38,320 nucleotides of DNA from a virus. This document shows positions 1-7,909 of this stretch, in pieces. The stretch is taken from the IMG/VR virus record IMGVR_UViG_3300029944_000028; one strand, 5' to 3'. The position numbers were made by a program, and so were the translations under genes. Under the pieces are notes generated by a model. That model was not told the DNA's origin, made no database searches, and was given only the letters and a program-made list of their open reading frames with translations. How positions within the stretch are numbered: the first letter of the stretch is position 1; the number at the start of each line of letters is the position of its first letter.

Positions 1-127
1 GAACCAGTGGGTAAATCCGAAATAGAAGTACGCGAACTGCTTGCACGGCACCCGAACGAGGAAGCGGATTACGACCACTGGTTCAAGGTGCTCGCAGCCG
101 TCCACCACGAGCTCGGCGACGCCGGTG
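1..127. repeat. Terminal overlap copy 1 (identical to 38194..38320); circular-contig closure rather than a biological repeat
   Basis: Read directly: bases 1-127 match 38194-38320 base for base, and both lie in the same open reading frame. Confidence 0.95.
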
Positions 128-1317
128 AGGATATCGCTCGGACGTGGAGCACTGAAGCGCACAAGCACACCGACGAGAAGTTCGACCTGACCTGGAATTC
201 GCTCGGGCGCTACACCGGTCGTCAACTCACGCTTCGCAGTTTGCTGAAAGGCGAGAAACCGTCCGCGCCTGAGAAGTCGCTTGAAGGCAACGAGTTCGTG
301 CAGGCGGCGCAGTTCGCATCCGAGCAGCGCATCGAGTGGCTTGTTAAGAAGGTGCTGCCGAAGAGTGGTTTGACGATCATCTACGGCGAACCAGGTTCGG
401 GTAAGTCGTTCTTTGCGCTGGATTTAGTTGCCCACGTGGCGCGTGGCTTGCCTTGGCGGGGCCTACGAACGAAGCAGTGCTCGGTAGCGTACGTCGCGGC
501 GGAAGGCGTTGCAGGCTTCGGCAATCGCCTCAAAGCCTATGGCGAAGGCCACGGCGTTGATCTGTCGGTGTTGCCTGTGTACGTACGCGGCGGGCAGCTG
601 GCAATCAAAGAACAGGCGGTCGCGATCGTAGACGCCGTGCTTGGCTTGCCGCACGTCGGGGTTATCGTTATCGACACGCTCGCTGCCGTGACCCCTGGCG
701 CGAACGAGAACGTATCCGAAGACATGGGCGTCGCTATCGAACGCGCAAACTTCATCATCCAATCGACCGGCGCGGCGGTCATCCTCATCCACCACTCGAC
801 GAAAGACGGCGGCACCCTGCGCGGCTGGAGCGGTTTGCTCGGTGCCGCCGACTCGACCATCAAGATCGAGCGCAGGGATGATAAACGCACGGCGCACATC
901 GAGAAGATGAAGGAAGGTGAGGATTCGGGTAAATACGGCTTCAAGCTGCGGATTGTGGATCTCGGGCAGGATGATGATGGCGATCCGGTCACAAGTTGCG
1001 TTGTCGATGAGTCAAAGGATATTGCTGAAAAAGGCAATAAGAAGGAACGCAAGCCGCGCTCAGGTGACTTCGAAACTTCCGACAACTACATCAAAGCGCG
1101 AGACTTCCTCGCGATTATTGAGCGCGCGATGGGCGTCGGTGTTGACGCATCGATGACCGAAGATGAGATTGTGGAAGCTATCCAAGCGGACCCTAAAACT
1201 AACGAGATGGGCCAGGACGACTACCCGCCACGGCGTTATATCACTCCCACGTTGCGGACCCTAGTGCAAAAAGGCAAGATTTGCAGGGAGGGCCGCGCCA
1301 TAAAGCTTTGCGCGTGA
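1..1317 (+). CDS. Primase-polymerase/helicase, C-terminal part (RecA/DnaB-like AAA ATPase); continues from 37525..38320 across the junction
   Basis: ORF track 7..1317. The frame is open from base 1 and in phase with the open frame starting at ATG 37525. Walker A GEPGSGKS; hydrophobic strand VIVIDTL (Walker B-like); HHSTKDG. Confidence 0.85.
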   Translation, partial: EPVGKSEIEVRELLARHPNEEADYDHWFKVLAAVHHELGDAGEDIARTWSTEAHKHTDEKFDLTWNSLGRYTGRQLTLRSLLKGEKPSAPEKSLEGNEFVQAAQFASEQRIEWLVKKVLPKSGLTIIYGEPGSGKSFFALDLVAHVARGLPWRGLRTKQCSVAYVAAEGVAGFGNRLKAYGEGHGVDLSVLPVYVRGGQLAIKEQAVAIVDAVLGLPHVGVIVIDTLAAVTPGANENVSEDMGVAIERANFIIQSTGAAVILIHHSTKDGGTLRGWSGLLGAADSTIKIERRDDKRTAHIEKMKEGEDSGKYGFKLRIVDLGQDDDGDPVTSCVVDESKDIAEKGNKKERKPRSGDFETSDNYIKARDFLAIIERAMGVGVDASMTEDEIVEAIQADPKTNEMGQDDYPPRRYITPTLRTLVQKGKICREGRAIKLCA

Positions 1318-1321
1318 TTTG

Positions 1322-1430
1322 TCGTACCCTAGCGGACCCTAGCGGGCCCTAGCGGACGTTACCTACTTACCCTAGCGGACCCTACGGACCCTACACCCCT
1401 GTCTTTAGACAGGGTAGGGTAGGGTCCGAA
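1322..1430. repeat. Iteron array (CCCTAGCGG and variants) plus long imperfect hairpin; candidate replication origin
   Basis: CCCTAGCGG at 1327, 1337, 1347 (exact 10-bp phasing) and 1370. Degenerate CCCTACGG at 1380 and CCCTACAC at 1390. Inverted GGTAGGGTAGGGTCC at 1413-1427 pairs with 1386-1403. Confidence 0.6.
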
Positions 1431-1448
1431 ATTACTTACGGAGTCGTA

Positions 1449-1625
1449 ATGTTTCTAAGATTGCGTATTTCTGAGACAGGCGGAGCGTATTACGTGAACT
1501 CAGACTTGATTCTGTATTTCGGCAAGCGCCACGAAGCAACCGAGATTCACCTGGTCGGAGGCGAGGTCCGCCGAGTGCGTGAAACGCCTGCCGAAATTCT
1601 CAAACAACTGGCGGAGGCGAAGTGA
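1449..1625 (+). CDS. Hypothetical protein, 58 aa
   Basis: ATG 1449 to TGA 1623 (below the ORF-track size cutoff). Translation MFLRLRISETGGAYYVNSDL...LKQLAEAK. The stop overlaps the next start (GTGA). Confidence 0.5.
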   Translation: MFLRLRISETGGAYYVNSDLILYFGKRHEATEIHLVGGEVRRVRETPAEILKQLAEAK

Positions 1626-1801
1626 AACGCGATTCGGTTTTGTGCGTGGCGTGCGGCAAGCCGTTCGATGTTGGTTTGCTCCAGCTAGTCCGCTGGTCGG
1701 GGCCGCTCTGGTGCGGGCCATGCGTCGCGAAGGCTGATGCGGAGCTAGTACAGGCCGCGCAGCGGGCCGCAAGGGTCGGGGAGGTACTAGGAGAACGGTA
1801 G
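1622..1801 (+). CDS. Small 4-Cys zinc-ribbon-like protein, 59 aa
   Basis: GTG 1622 to TAG 1799. CVAC...CGPC pairs 20 residues apart. Followed directly by a terminator. Confidence 0.5.
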   Translation: MKRDSVLCVACGKPFDVGLLQLVRWSGPLWCGPCVAKADAELVQAAQRAARVGEVLGER

Positions 1802-1807
1802 GAAGAG

Positions 1808-1831
1808 AAACGGCCCTTAGCGGGCCGTTTT
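1808..1831. terminator. Bidirectional rho-independent terminator
   Basis: AAACGGCCC-ttagc-GGGCCGTTTT: a 9-bp stem with an A-run on one side and a T-run on the other, lying between convergent genes. Confidence 0.8.
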
Positions 1832-1833
1832 GC

Positions 1834-2013
1834 TTAGTGCAGTTGGGCGTAGCCGAGGATCAAGCCGGGGTTGGCGTCCAGTAGCGCATCGCGGTCAGTG
1901 AAGGCGCGGTCCACTGCCAGCTTGTCGGCCATGGCTTCGAGGCTTGGGGCTTTGTCCGAGCGGATGTAGCCGACAGCGACATCACCAGGCGTGAGGATGA
2001 CGTAGGTGATCAT
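1834..2013 (-). CDS. Hypothetical protein, 59 aa (distal gene of a leftward two-gene cassette)
   Basis: Internal ATG of track ORF 1834..2151 (MITYVILTPGDVAVGY...). The longer version is R/H/P-rich upstream and looks out of frame. ATGA overlap with the upstream gene. Confidence 0.55.
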   Translation of the reverse strand: MITYVILTPGDVAVGYIRSDKAPSLEAMADKLAVDRAFTDRDALLDANPGLILGYAQLH

Positions 2014-2162
2014 TGCAGCGTGATCCGGGAGTAATCGACGGTGCGCCGCAGGGCCCAGTGGCGAAGCGCCTCGGGCAGCCACATGTCGAAGCAGGCGGAT
2101 TCGAGGTAGGCGTTGGCGAGCGGGGTGATGACTGTGTGCAGTCTGCTGCAAGTAGGGGTCAC
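2010..2162 (-). CDS. Hypothetical protein, 50 aa (proximal gene of the leftward cassette)
   Basis: GTG 2162 preceded by GGAGATCACA. Translation VTPTCSRLHTVITPLANAYLESACFDMWLPEALRHW.... The stop overlaps the next ATG. Confidence 0.45.
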   Translation of the reverse strand: MTPTCSRLHTVITPLANAYLESACFDMWLPEALRHWALRRTVDYSRITLQ

Positions 2163-2186
2163 TGTGATCTCCTTGAAAGAGATTTG

Positions 2187-2214
2187 ACTATAGCAGTTGC
2201 AAAACGAAAAGCAA
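2187..2214 (-). promoter_or_regulatory. Conserved-family sigma70-type promoter, copy 1 (TTGCTT-16-TGcTATAGT)
   Basis: Minus strand reads AATTGCTTTTCGTTTTGCAACTGCTATAGTCA. It shares the core GTTTTGCAACTGCTATAGT with copies at 23871 and 30059. Confidence 0.65.
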
Positions 2215-2294
2215 TTAGCGCGCTAACTAATCGCGCGCACGCTATTCGCGGAACGCCTTGTCACGCAAGCGTGACTTAGGGTTTGCGATTTGAT

Positions 2295-2495
2295 TTATAG
2301 GGCGAAGCGAGCACCGATGCGCGCCTCGAAAACATCGATTGTGAACGGTCGTTCGTCAGCAGATTGAAAGCTAAACTGTAATGATAACGTCAGCTTGCGA
2401 ACAGGTATGAGCGCGCATAATTTGCGCATTCGGTTCACTACCTGCCTTTGAGCCTTACCCAGTAAGGCTTTGCGGGTTAGGGTAGTAGTTGACAT
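2295..2495 (-). CDS. Doubtful small basic ORF, 66 aa
   Basis: Track ORF 2295..2510, taken from the internal ATG. No clear SD, third-position GC only about half, and it sits inside a structured AT-richer region. Confidence 0.25.
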   Translation of the reverse strand: MSTTTLTRKALLGKAQRQVVNRMRKLCALIPVRKLTLSLQFSFQSADERPFTIDVFEARIGARFAL

Positions 2496-2621
2496 AATGG
2501 AGATTATCAATCTAATTGCGCAGTCAACGATTGATTATCAGCCCGGATGAGAATGATTCTTAACTCTGGGCCCCGGCGAGGCGGGACGGCGGACGGTGGG
2601 AATTTTCGTACCCCCCATTCC

Positions 2622-2635
2622 CGATTCGCGAATCG
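2622..2635. promoter_or_regulatory. Perfect 14-bp palindrome CGATTCGCGAATCG upstream of terminase (operator or packaging-site candidate)
   Basis: Read directly. Flanked by GGGAAT (2598) and ATTCCC (2617) inverted repeats. Confidence 0.4.
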
Positions 2636-2681
2636 AAAAAACACGCATGAGTTAAACTCGCGAAAAACCACGGGTTTGAAA

Positions 2682-4685
2682 ATGGCATCACTGACCAGCG
2701 CAGGCAATCTGCGCATCATCTCGGAAGACCGCGCGCTGGCAAGCGCCATGGTGTTCCCGCATCGCCACCCGCAAGCCTCACCCCCGGCGCACGTGGAGGT
2801 GATGGACTTGTGGCGCAGCCAGGACGAGTTCGTTCTGATCGAGATGTTCCGCGAAGGCGGCAAGTCCACCCTGTCCGAGGAATTCCTGCTGCTCGAAGCG
2901 TGCTTCCAGAATTTCGGTTATTGCATCATCCTGGGTGAGACGTACACGAAAGCCTGCCAGCGCCTGGAAGCGATCAAGTTCGAGGCGTTGAAGAACATGA
3001 AGCTGCTCGCGCTTTTCGGCAAGTTGCGCGTGGCGGGCAACGTGTGGAACGAGAATCAGATCGAGCTAGCGAATGGCGTCATGATCGAGGCGCACGGCTG
3101 GGAAGAGGAAATTCGCGGCTTCAAGTGGCACGACTTGCGTCCGGACCGTTGCTACCTGGACGACGTGGAGAACAAGGAGCGCGTGAAGGACAAGACGGCA
3201 GTGGACGCCTCGATGCGCAAGATTTATCTTGAGCTCATGCCCGCCATGGACAAGGAGAAGGGGAAGATCCGCGTGACGGGAACCCCCCTGGCCGAAGACT
3301 GCATGATTGTGCGCATGAGGGAAAACCCGGATTGGACCTCACGCAAGTACCCGATCTGCAATGGCGATATCGATGACCCGAAGACGGCGGCGACCTGGCC
3401 CGAGCGCTACCCGATGGAGTGGATTCGCAAGAAGCGGGATCAAGCCGAGCGCGCGGGGCAGTTGCGCGGGTTTTTGCAGGAGTACATGCTGATGGCGATC
3501 GGCAGCACCGACAAACCGTTTGAAGAGAGGCACATCCATGAAACAGCGGTTGACCCTGCGCCGTGGCTTCCTAAGACTCTGGTGGTGGACCCTGCCCGTA
3601 CTGCTAACGTGGCTAGTTCTGACCGGACGGGCAGAGTGGTTCTTTCTCGGCTCGCCACACGCATATTCGTGCACGCCAGTTCCGGCGAGTTCTGGAAGCC
3701 CGACCAGATAATCGCGGATGCGTTCGATACGTCGGAACGGTTTGAGGGGGCGACGGTCGCCATCGAGAAGAACAGCCTGGACGAGTGGTTGCTCCAGCCG
3801 ATGCGCGCGGAGATGTTGCGACGCGGAGAGAGTTTGCCGCTCAAGGCGCTTCAGGCACCGCAAGACCGGAGCAAGGAGCAGTTCATCATGGGGCTGCAAC
3901 CTTTTTTCGAAGCGGGCGATATTGTGCTGGTGGGCGGACGCGGCGCGCATGCGCAGCTCGTCGCCGAGATCCAGAACTTCCCAAGCGGAAAGAGGGATAT
4001 CTTGAACGCCTTGGCCTATGCGCAGCGAGTGTTTTCCGGGACGGTGGTCTATGAAGACTTCGGCGAAAAGAATCTCACAAGCGAGTACGAACCGAGTGCG
4101 CGAGACGCGCTTGCGATTTGCTTTAACGCCACTGGAAACGAAACTACTGCTGTGCTCCTGGCTGTGGAAGGCGAGCGCCTTGTGGCTGTCGCCGACTGGA
4201 TTTCGCCTGTTTCCCCGGCGCAGGCTGTTCCAGACGTTATGCAACTTGTCCGCGCAGCGTTCCCGCGCGCTCGCGTCACAGCGTGGCTTCCGGCAGACGT
4301 GATGGACCAGCAGGACCGCCTGCCGTTGATGGCGGCGTTGCGCGCGGCGGGGTTGGCACCCATGCGCGGCGCGTACGCCACGATGGCGCGCGGCACGCTT
4401 TCCCCGCTCATCCGCACCGAGATGAAGAACCGCCGGCTGTTCCTGGTCGATAGCAACGCCCGGCACACCATGAACGCGATGGCCGGAGGCTATAACTTTC
4501 CAATCATGAAGAACGGCCAGCAGAACACGGAACCTGAGCGCGGGCCGCACCGCACCCTGGTCGAAGGGCTAGAGTGCGCCGCGTATGTGATTTGCTCCAA
4601 CGCTGGCAATTCCTTGCCGGATGACTTACATTCTGGTACTAACGCCCAAGGGCAACCCTATTTCACCTCTCTCCCACGGAGATAA
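2682..4685 (+). CDS. terL: Terminase large subunit
   Basis: Track ORF 2547..4685 trimmed to ATG 2682. Walker A-like REGGKST, Walker B-like CYLDDVE, nuclease-domain VVDPA. Sits upstream of the portal gene, separated from it only by four tiny ORFs. Confidence 0.85.
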   Translation: MASLTSAGNLRIISEDRALASAMVFPHRHPQASPPAHVEVMDLWRSQDEFVLIEMFREGGKSTLSEEFLLLEACFQNFGYCIILGETYTKACQRLEAIKFEALKNMKLLALFGKLRVAGNVWNENQIELANGVMIEAHGWEEEIRGFKWHDLRPDRCYLDDVENKERVKDKTAVDASMRKIYLELMPAMDKEKGKIRVTGTPLAEDCMIVRMRENPDWTSRKYPICNGDIDDPKTAATWPERYPMEWIRKKRDQAERAGQLRGFLQEYMLMAIGSTDKPFEERHIHETAVDPAPWLPKTLVVDPARTANVASSDRTGRVVLSRLATRIFVHASSGEFWKPDQIIADAFDTSERFEGATVAIEKNSLDEWLLQPMRAEMLRRGESLPLKALQAPQDRSKEQFIMGLQPFFEAGDIVLVGGRGAHAQLVAEIQNFPSGKRDILNALAYAQRVFSGTVVYEDFGEKNLTSEYEPSARDALAICFNATGNETTAVLLAVEGERLVAVADWISPVSPAQAVPDVMQLVRAAFPRARVTAWLPADVMDQQDRLPLMAALRAAGLAPMRGAYATMARGTLSPLIRTEMKNRRLFLVDSNARHTMNAMAGGYNFPIMKNGQQNTEPERGPHRTLVEGLECAAYVICSNAGNSLPDDLHSGTNAQGQPYFTSLPRR

Positions 4686-4688
4686 GTC

Positions 4689-4850
4689 ATGGCCGTCTCG
4701 CGCACGATTCACCCGAAAGCCCCTTCGCAAAAACCGACCGACTTCTACAAAGGCGTGCAGCAGGGCGGCGCGTACGGCAAGCCGCAAAGCGTGCCTGAGA
4801 AGTTGCCTTCCGGCCCGATGCGCGAAGTGATGCGCAAGAAAGGTTTGTAA
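4689..4850 (+). CDS. Small basic protein, 53 aa
   Basis: ATG 4689 to TAA 4848, MAVSRTIHPKAPSQKPTDFYKG.... GC-rich third positions; packed 3 nt after terL. Confidence 0.5.
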   Translation: MAVSRTIHPKAPSQKPTDFYKGVQQGGAYGKPQSVPEKLPSGPMREVMRKKGL

Positions 4851-4852
4851 TC

Positions 4853-4999
4853 ATGGAAGGCAAGAAAGGCCGGATGAACCGGGTTTATACGGCCCCCGGT
4901 AAGAAAGCCCCGGAAGCTGCGATCAAGAATGGCGGTAAGTCGAAAGACCCCGCCATGAAGGGTAGCAAGCCCCCGAAGACTCCACGCATGGGCGGTTGA
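4853..4999 (+). CDS. Small Lys/Gly/Pro-rich basic protein, 48 aa
   Basis: ATG 4853 to TGA 4997, MEGKKGRMNRVYTAPGKKAPEAAIKNGGKSKDPAMKGSKPPKTPRMGG. Confidence 0.5.
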   Translation: MEGKKGRMNRVYTAPGKKAPEAAIKNGGKSKDPAMKGSKPPKTPRMGG

Positions 5000-5000
5000 G

Positions 5001-5219
5001 ATGGCGACGAAGAAAGACAAAAAGGGCGAGAACGGGCGCAATTGGTCGGAATCTGTTGATCTGCGCTCGGGCAACCCGTGGGGCGGCAAGAAGACGGATA
5101 CCACCTACGGTCGCACGTCCAAGAAGCCGGAAGAGGACGACCGACCGGCACGCGTCGGTAAGGACCGGAACACCGGCACGACTGTCGCGAAGCGCCTGGC
5201 CGGTAAGGTTATCGGCTGA
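5001..5219 (+). CDS. Small basic low-complexity protein, 72 aa
   Basis: ORF track 5001..5219, MATKKDKKGENGRNW.... The stop overlaps the next ATG. Confidence 0.55.
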   Translation: MATKKDKKGENGRNWSESVDLRSGNPWGGKKTDTTYGRTSKKPEEDDRPARVGKDRNTGTTVAKRLAGKVIG

Positions 5220-5395
5220 TGGAAGCTAAAAAGGTCTGGCCAATCGCAGAACTTCGGGATAAGAGCGTCTTGGGGAGCGCGTTGCAGGACGAGCTGTACG
5301 ATGTGATAACTAGTGAGAAGTTTGACAACATGTCAGTCTCGCAGACTATCGGCGTGCTTGAATTCCTGAAGTGGAACCTGATCAATGGCGCGTAA
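5219..5395 (+). CDS. Small acidic protein, 58 aa
   Basis: ATG 5219 to TAA 5393, MEAKKVWPIAELRDKSVLGSALQDELYDV.... Overlaps the portal start by 11 nt. Confidence 0.5.
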   Translation: MEAKKVWPIAELRDKSVLGSALQDELYDVITSEKFDNMSVSQTIGVLEFLKWNLINGA

Positions 5396-7565
5396 GAAAA
5401 AAGAAGACAAGAAACCCGACGAGCCCGTAATCGAGATAGTCGATTCACGGGCTATCGACGCTGAGAAGACAGGCGAAGAGCTAGAAAATTGGGCTGAAGA
5501 TCAGACTTCGGACGCCTACCTTGAGGCAGCAAAGCTGTATCCCAAGATCCAGAAGTGCTACGAGAATAAGCAGCAGCAATCGGATTGGGTGGAAGAGTAC
5601 TGGAACATCTACAATGCCCGACCCGACGAAAACCAGCAGTACACCGGCAACAGCCAGTGTTACATCCCCGCCGTGCGAGACGCCATCAACGCTCGCTGTA
5701 AGCGAACCCTCGCCACCCTCTTCCCCGCCAACTATAAGCACGTTGACGCCGTTGGCCCTGCGTCGGTTACGCCATTCCCTACGCTTGCACTCCTTGAGCA
5801 TTACATCCGGAAGACGAATCTGAAGGATATCGTCCGCGCCGATTTGCTCTCGGGCGACGTGACGGGCCAGTGGTGCTTGTACGTGGACTGGATGCGTACG
5901 ACGCGCCGGATCACCGAGCTGGTCAAGAAACCGCCGATCTTGTCTGACGATGAGGCAGGCGTGGAGGCGGAAGACGTAACGGTTGACGAAGAGTGGGACA
6001 CGGAAGAGAAAGAGATTGTCGATGAGATGCCCGACATCTCACCGATGGCGGTTGACGATATCGCCGTCTACCCGCCGACCGTGAACGATATCGAACGCGC
6101 AACAGCCACCGCCGTGCGCTTGCGCTTGTCCAAGGAGTCCGTTCAGCAGTTCATCGACGAGGGTGTTTTCGTCGGTTGGAGCGCGAAGGAAGTCATGGAC
6201 AATCTGAACGAGCCAGACGGCGGGCGTCAGAAACGCGTGCCGCAAAAACGCCGCACCGCTGATGCGGGCGTGCGCACCGAAGGCACCTATAAATACGCAC
6301 TGGTCTACGAAGTACATGCAAATATCGAACTGGAAGAAGACAAAGGCAAAGAGCCTGTCTTCATCTACTACGCCGGTCCTGAAACGATTCTTGGCATTAT
6401 CCGCAACCCATTTTGGACTAAGAAGCGCCCACTTATTTGCGCGCCAGTCGAACGCATCCAGGGGTCGTTTTACGGAATCTCGCGGGTAGAGCCGGTCAAG
6501 TACCTGCAATGGAATTTAAACGACTACTGGAACATGGGTCAGGACAGTGCGCAGTACGCGCTTCTGCCTATCGTCATGACTGATCCGCTCGCGAACCCCA
6601 ATTACCAGAGCATGGTGATGGGGCTTGCCGCCGTGTGGCTGACGAATCCGCAGACCACGCAGTTCGCGCAGTTCCCGGCAATCTACAAAGACGCCGTAGG
6701 CTTGTGCAACGCGATCAAGTCGCAGATCCAGGAATCGATGGACGTGAACGATGCGATGCTCGGCAAGGCACCGCCGGGGCGTAAGAACCAGGCGCAAGCC
6801 GCCGCGCAAGCCCAGTCGCAAGAATCGAACATCATCGACCACGCCAAGCGGTACGAGGGCGTGATGCTCAATCCGCTACTTGAGCGCATGTTTGAGCTTG
6901 ACCGCCAGTTCCGTACGAAAGAACTGACGGTCGTCACCATGGGTGAAGTCGGCGCACGCGCCAAGCAGGAAGAGATTCCCGTGCAGGCGTTCAGCGAACG
7001 TTATTTCTTCCGGTGGTGCGGTACGGCCTACCAGACTGGCATGCAACGCATGCAGCAAATGATCTCGTGGATGAACGTGTTGCGCGGCATTCCTCCGCAG
7101 CAGCTTGACGGACGCCGGCTTAACGTCGGCCCGATCCTGGAAATGGGCACCGAACAGATTTTCGGGCCTGAAGTCGCGCCGCGCATCCTGATTGACGAAC
7201 GCAACCTGTTCCACGTCGATCCGGAAGACGAGAACCTGATGATGCATAACGGCATGCCTGCCGAGGTGCACCCGGCGGATGATGACCAGCGCCACTTGAA
7301 GACGCACATGCACGGCGCGCAAATGACGGGCGACCCGATCGGATTGTTTCGCGCGCACATTCAGGCGCACCAGCAAGCCATGCAGCAGAAGATGCAAAAG
7401 GCGCAAGGCGCGCAACCGGGTCAGCCCGGCGTACCGGGCGGCGGGCAACCCGGCGTAGCAGGAACACCGCGCCCCGGCGCACAACCCGGCCAGCCGCGTC
7501 CGCAGCAACCCCCCGGCGCAATACATCCTGACGCCATGGCCGACCCAGCGGCGGGGCCGCGATGA
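5385..7565 (+). CDS. Portal protein with Q/P/G-rich C-terminal tail
   Basis: 726-aa ORF just downstream of terminase in the packaging module. The call rests on size and position. Confidence 0.7.
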   Translation: MARKKKEDKKPDEPVIEIVDSRAIDAEKTGEELENWAEDQTSDAYLEAAKLYPKIQKCYENKQQQSDWVEEYWNIYNARPDENQQYTGNSQCYIPAVRDAINARCKRTLATLFPANYKHVDAVGPASVTPFPTLALLEHYIRKTNLKDIVRADLLSGDVTGQWCLYVDWMRTTRRITELVKKPPILSDDEAGVEAEDVTVDEEWDTEEKEIVDEMPDISPMAVDDIAVYPPTVNDIERATATAVRLRLSKESVQQFIDEGVFVGWSAKEVMDNLNEPDGGRQKRVPQKRRTADAGVRTEGTYKYALVYEVHANIELEEDKGKEPVFIYYAGPETILGIIRNPFWTKKRPLICAPVERIQGSFYGISRVEPVKYLQWNLNDYWNMGQDSAQYALLPIVMTDPLANPNYQSMVMGLAAVWLTNPQTTQFAQFPAIYKDAVGLCNAIKSQIQESMDVNDAMLGKAPPGRKNQAQAAAQAQSQESNIIDHAKRYEGVMLNPLLERMFELDRQFRTKELTVVTMGEVGARAKQEEIPVQAFSERYFFRWCGTAYQTGMQRMQQMISWMNVLRGIPPQQLDGRRLNVGPILEMGTEQIFGPEVAPRILIDERNLFHVDPEDENLMMHNGMPAEVHPADDDQRHLKTHMHGAQMTGDPIGLFRAHIQAHQQAMQQKMQKAQGAQPGQPGVPGGGQPGVAGTPRPGAQPGQPRPQQPPGAIHPDAMADPAAGPR

Positions 7566-7909
7566 AGCCTTTCGTTGCGCGCTCCACCCCGTGGGGGACG
7601 ATCCAGACCGGCGCACTGTTCGACCGCCTGACGCCGCTTGAGCAGCAAGCGGTAATCGCGCACGAAGAAGGGCACATCAGGTTTCACCATGCGCGCACCC
7701 GCTTTCGGTGGATACTGACCGGGAAAGCGTTCTTCCAGGCAGAAAGGTTTTACGCGCTGTGCGAAGAGCAGGAGATGGAAGCTGACCGGTACGCCGCTTG
7801 GCAAGGTCACGCAGCCGGCCTGATCACTTTCTTGTTTCGACAGGGCTTGCATGTAAAATCCGATGGGTACCCGACGCACAAACAGCGCATAGAGGCTATC
7901 CATGGCTGA
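7562..7909 (+). CDS. Minimal M48-like zinc metallopeptidase, 115 aa
   Basis: AHEEGH (HExxH), downstream EMEAD, C-terminal THKQRIEAI, resembling the HtpX/Ste24-type motif order. ATGA overlap with the portal stop. Confidence 0.6.
   Translation: MKPFVARSTPWGTIQTGALFDRLTPLEQQAVIAHEEGHIRFHHARTRFRWILTGKAFFQAERFYALCEEQEMEADRYAAWQGHAAGLITFLFRQGLHVKSDGYPTHKQRIEAIHG

Noticed and set aside
1322-1430. Short direct repeats as a possible mini-CRISPR array
   Set aside because: The units are 9-10 bp with no spacers of unique sequence, and no cas genes are present. The pattern fits iterons.
2187-2205. Possible sigma54 (-24/-12) reading of TATAGCAGTTGCA
   Set aside because: It lacks the obligatory GG at -24. 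The spacing fits sigma70 -35/-10 elements instead.
2489-2518. TTGACA at 2489 as a rightward promoter for terL
   Set aside because: Only the -35 is good. The best -10 at 18-bp spacing is TAATTG, which lacks the conserved final T. It is kept as a possibility within the non-coding-region finding only.
2547-2681. 45-codon N-terminal extension of terL from ATG 2547
   Set aside because: The extension is basic and disordered and has no SD. It spans the perfect palindrome and the nested inverted repeats, so it is more likely regulatory DNA. ATG 2682 is preferred but not proven.
3339-4550. 403-aa minus-strand ORF (and other nested ORFs) antisense to terL
   Set aside because: It has an R/A/H/L-rich composition typical of shadow frames in GC-rich DNA, no start context, and lies wholly inside a well-supported terminase gene.
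6876-7903. Minus-strand ORFs 6876..7616, 7120..7677 and 7421..7903 over the portal end and the peptidase gene
   Set aside because: The composition is low-complexity R/A/G/P, produced by the Q/P/G-coding tract on the sense strand. There is no independent signal.
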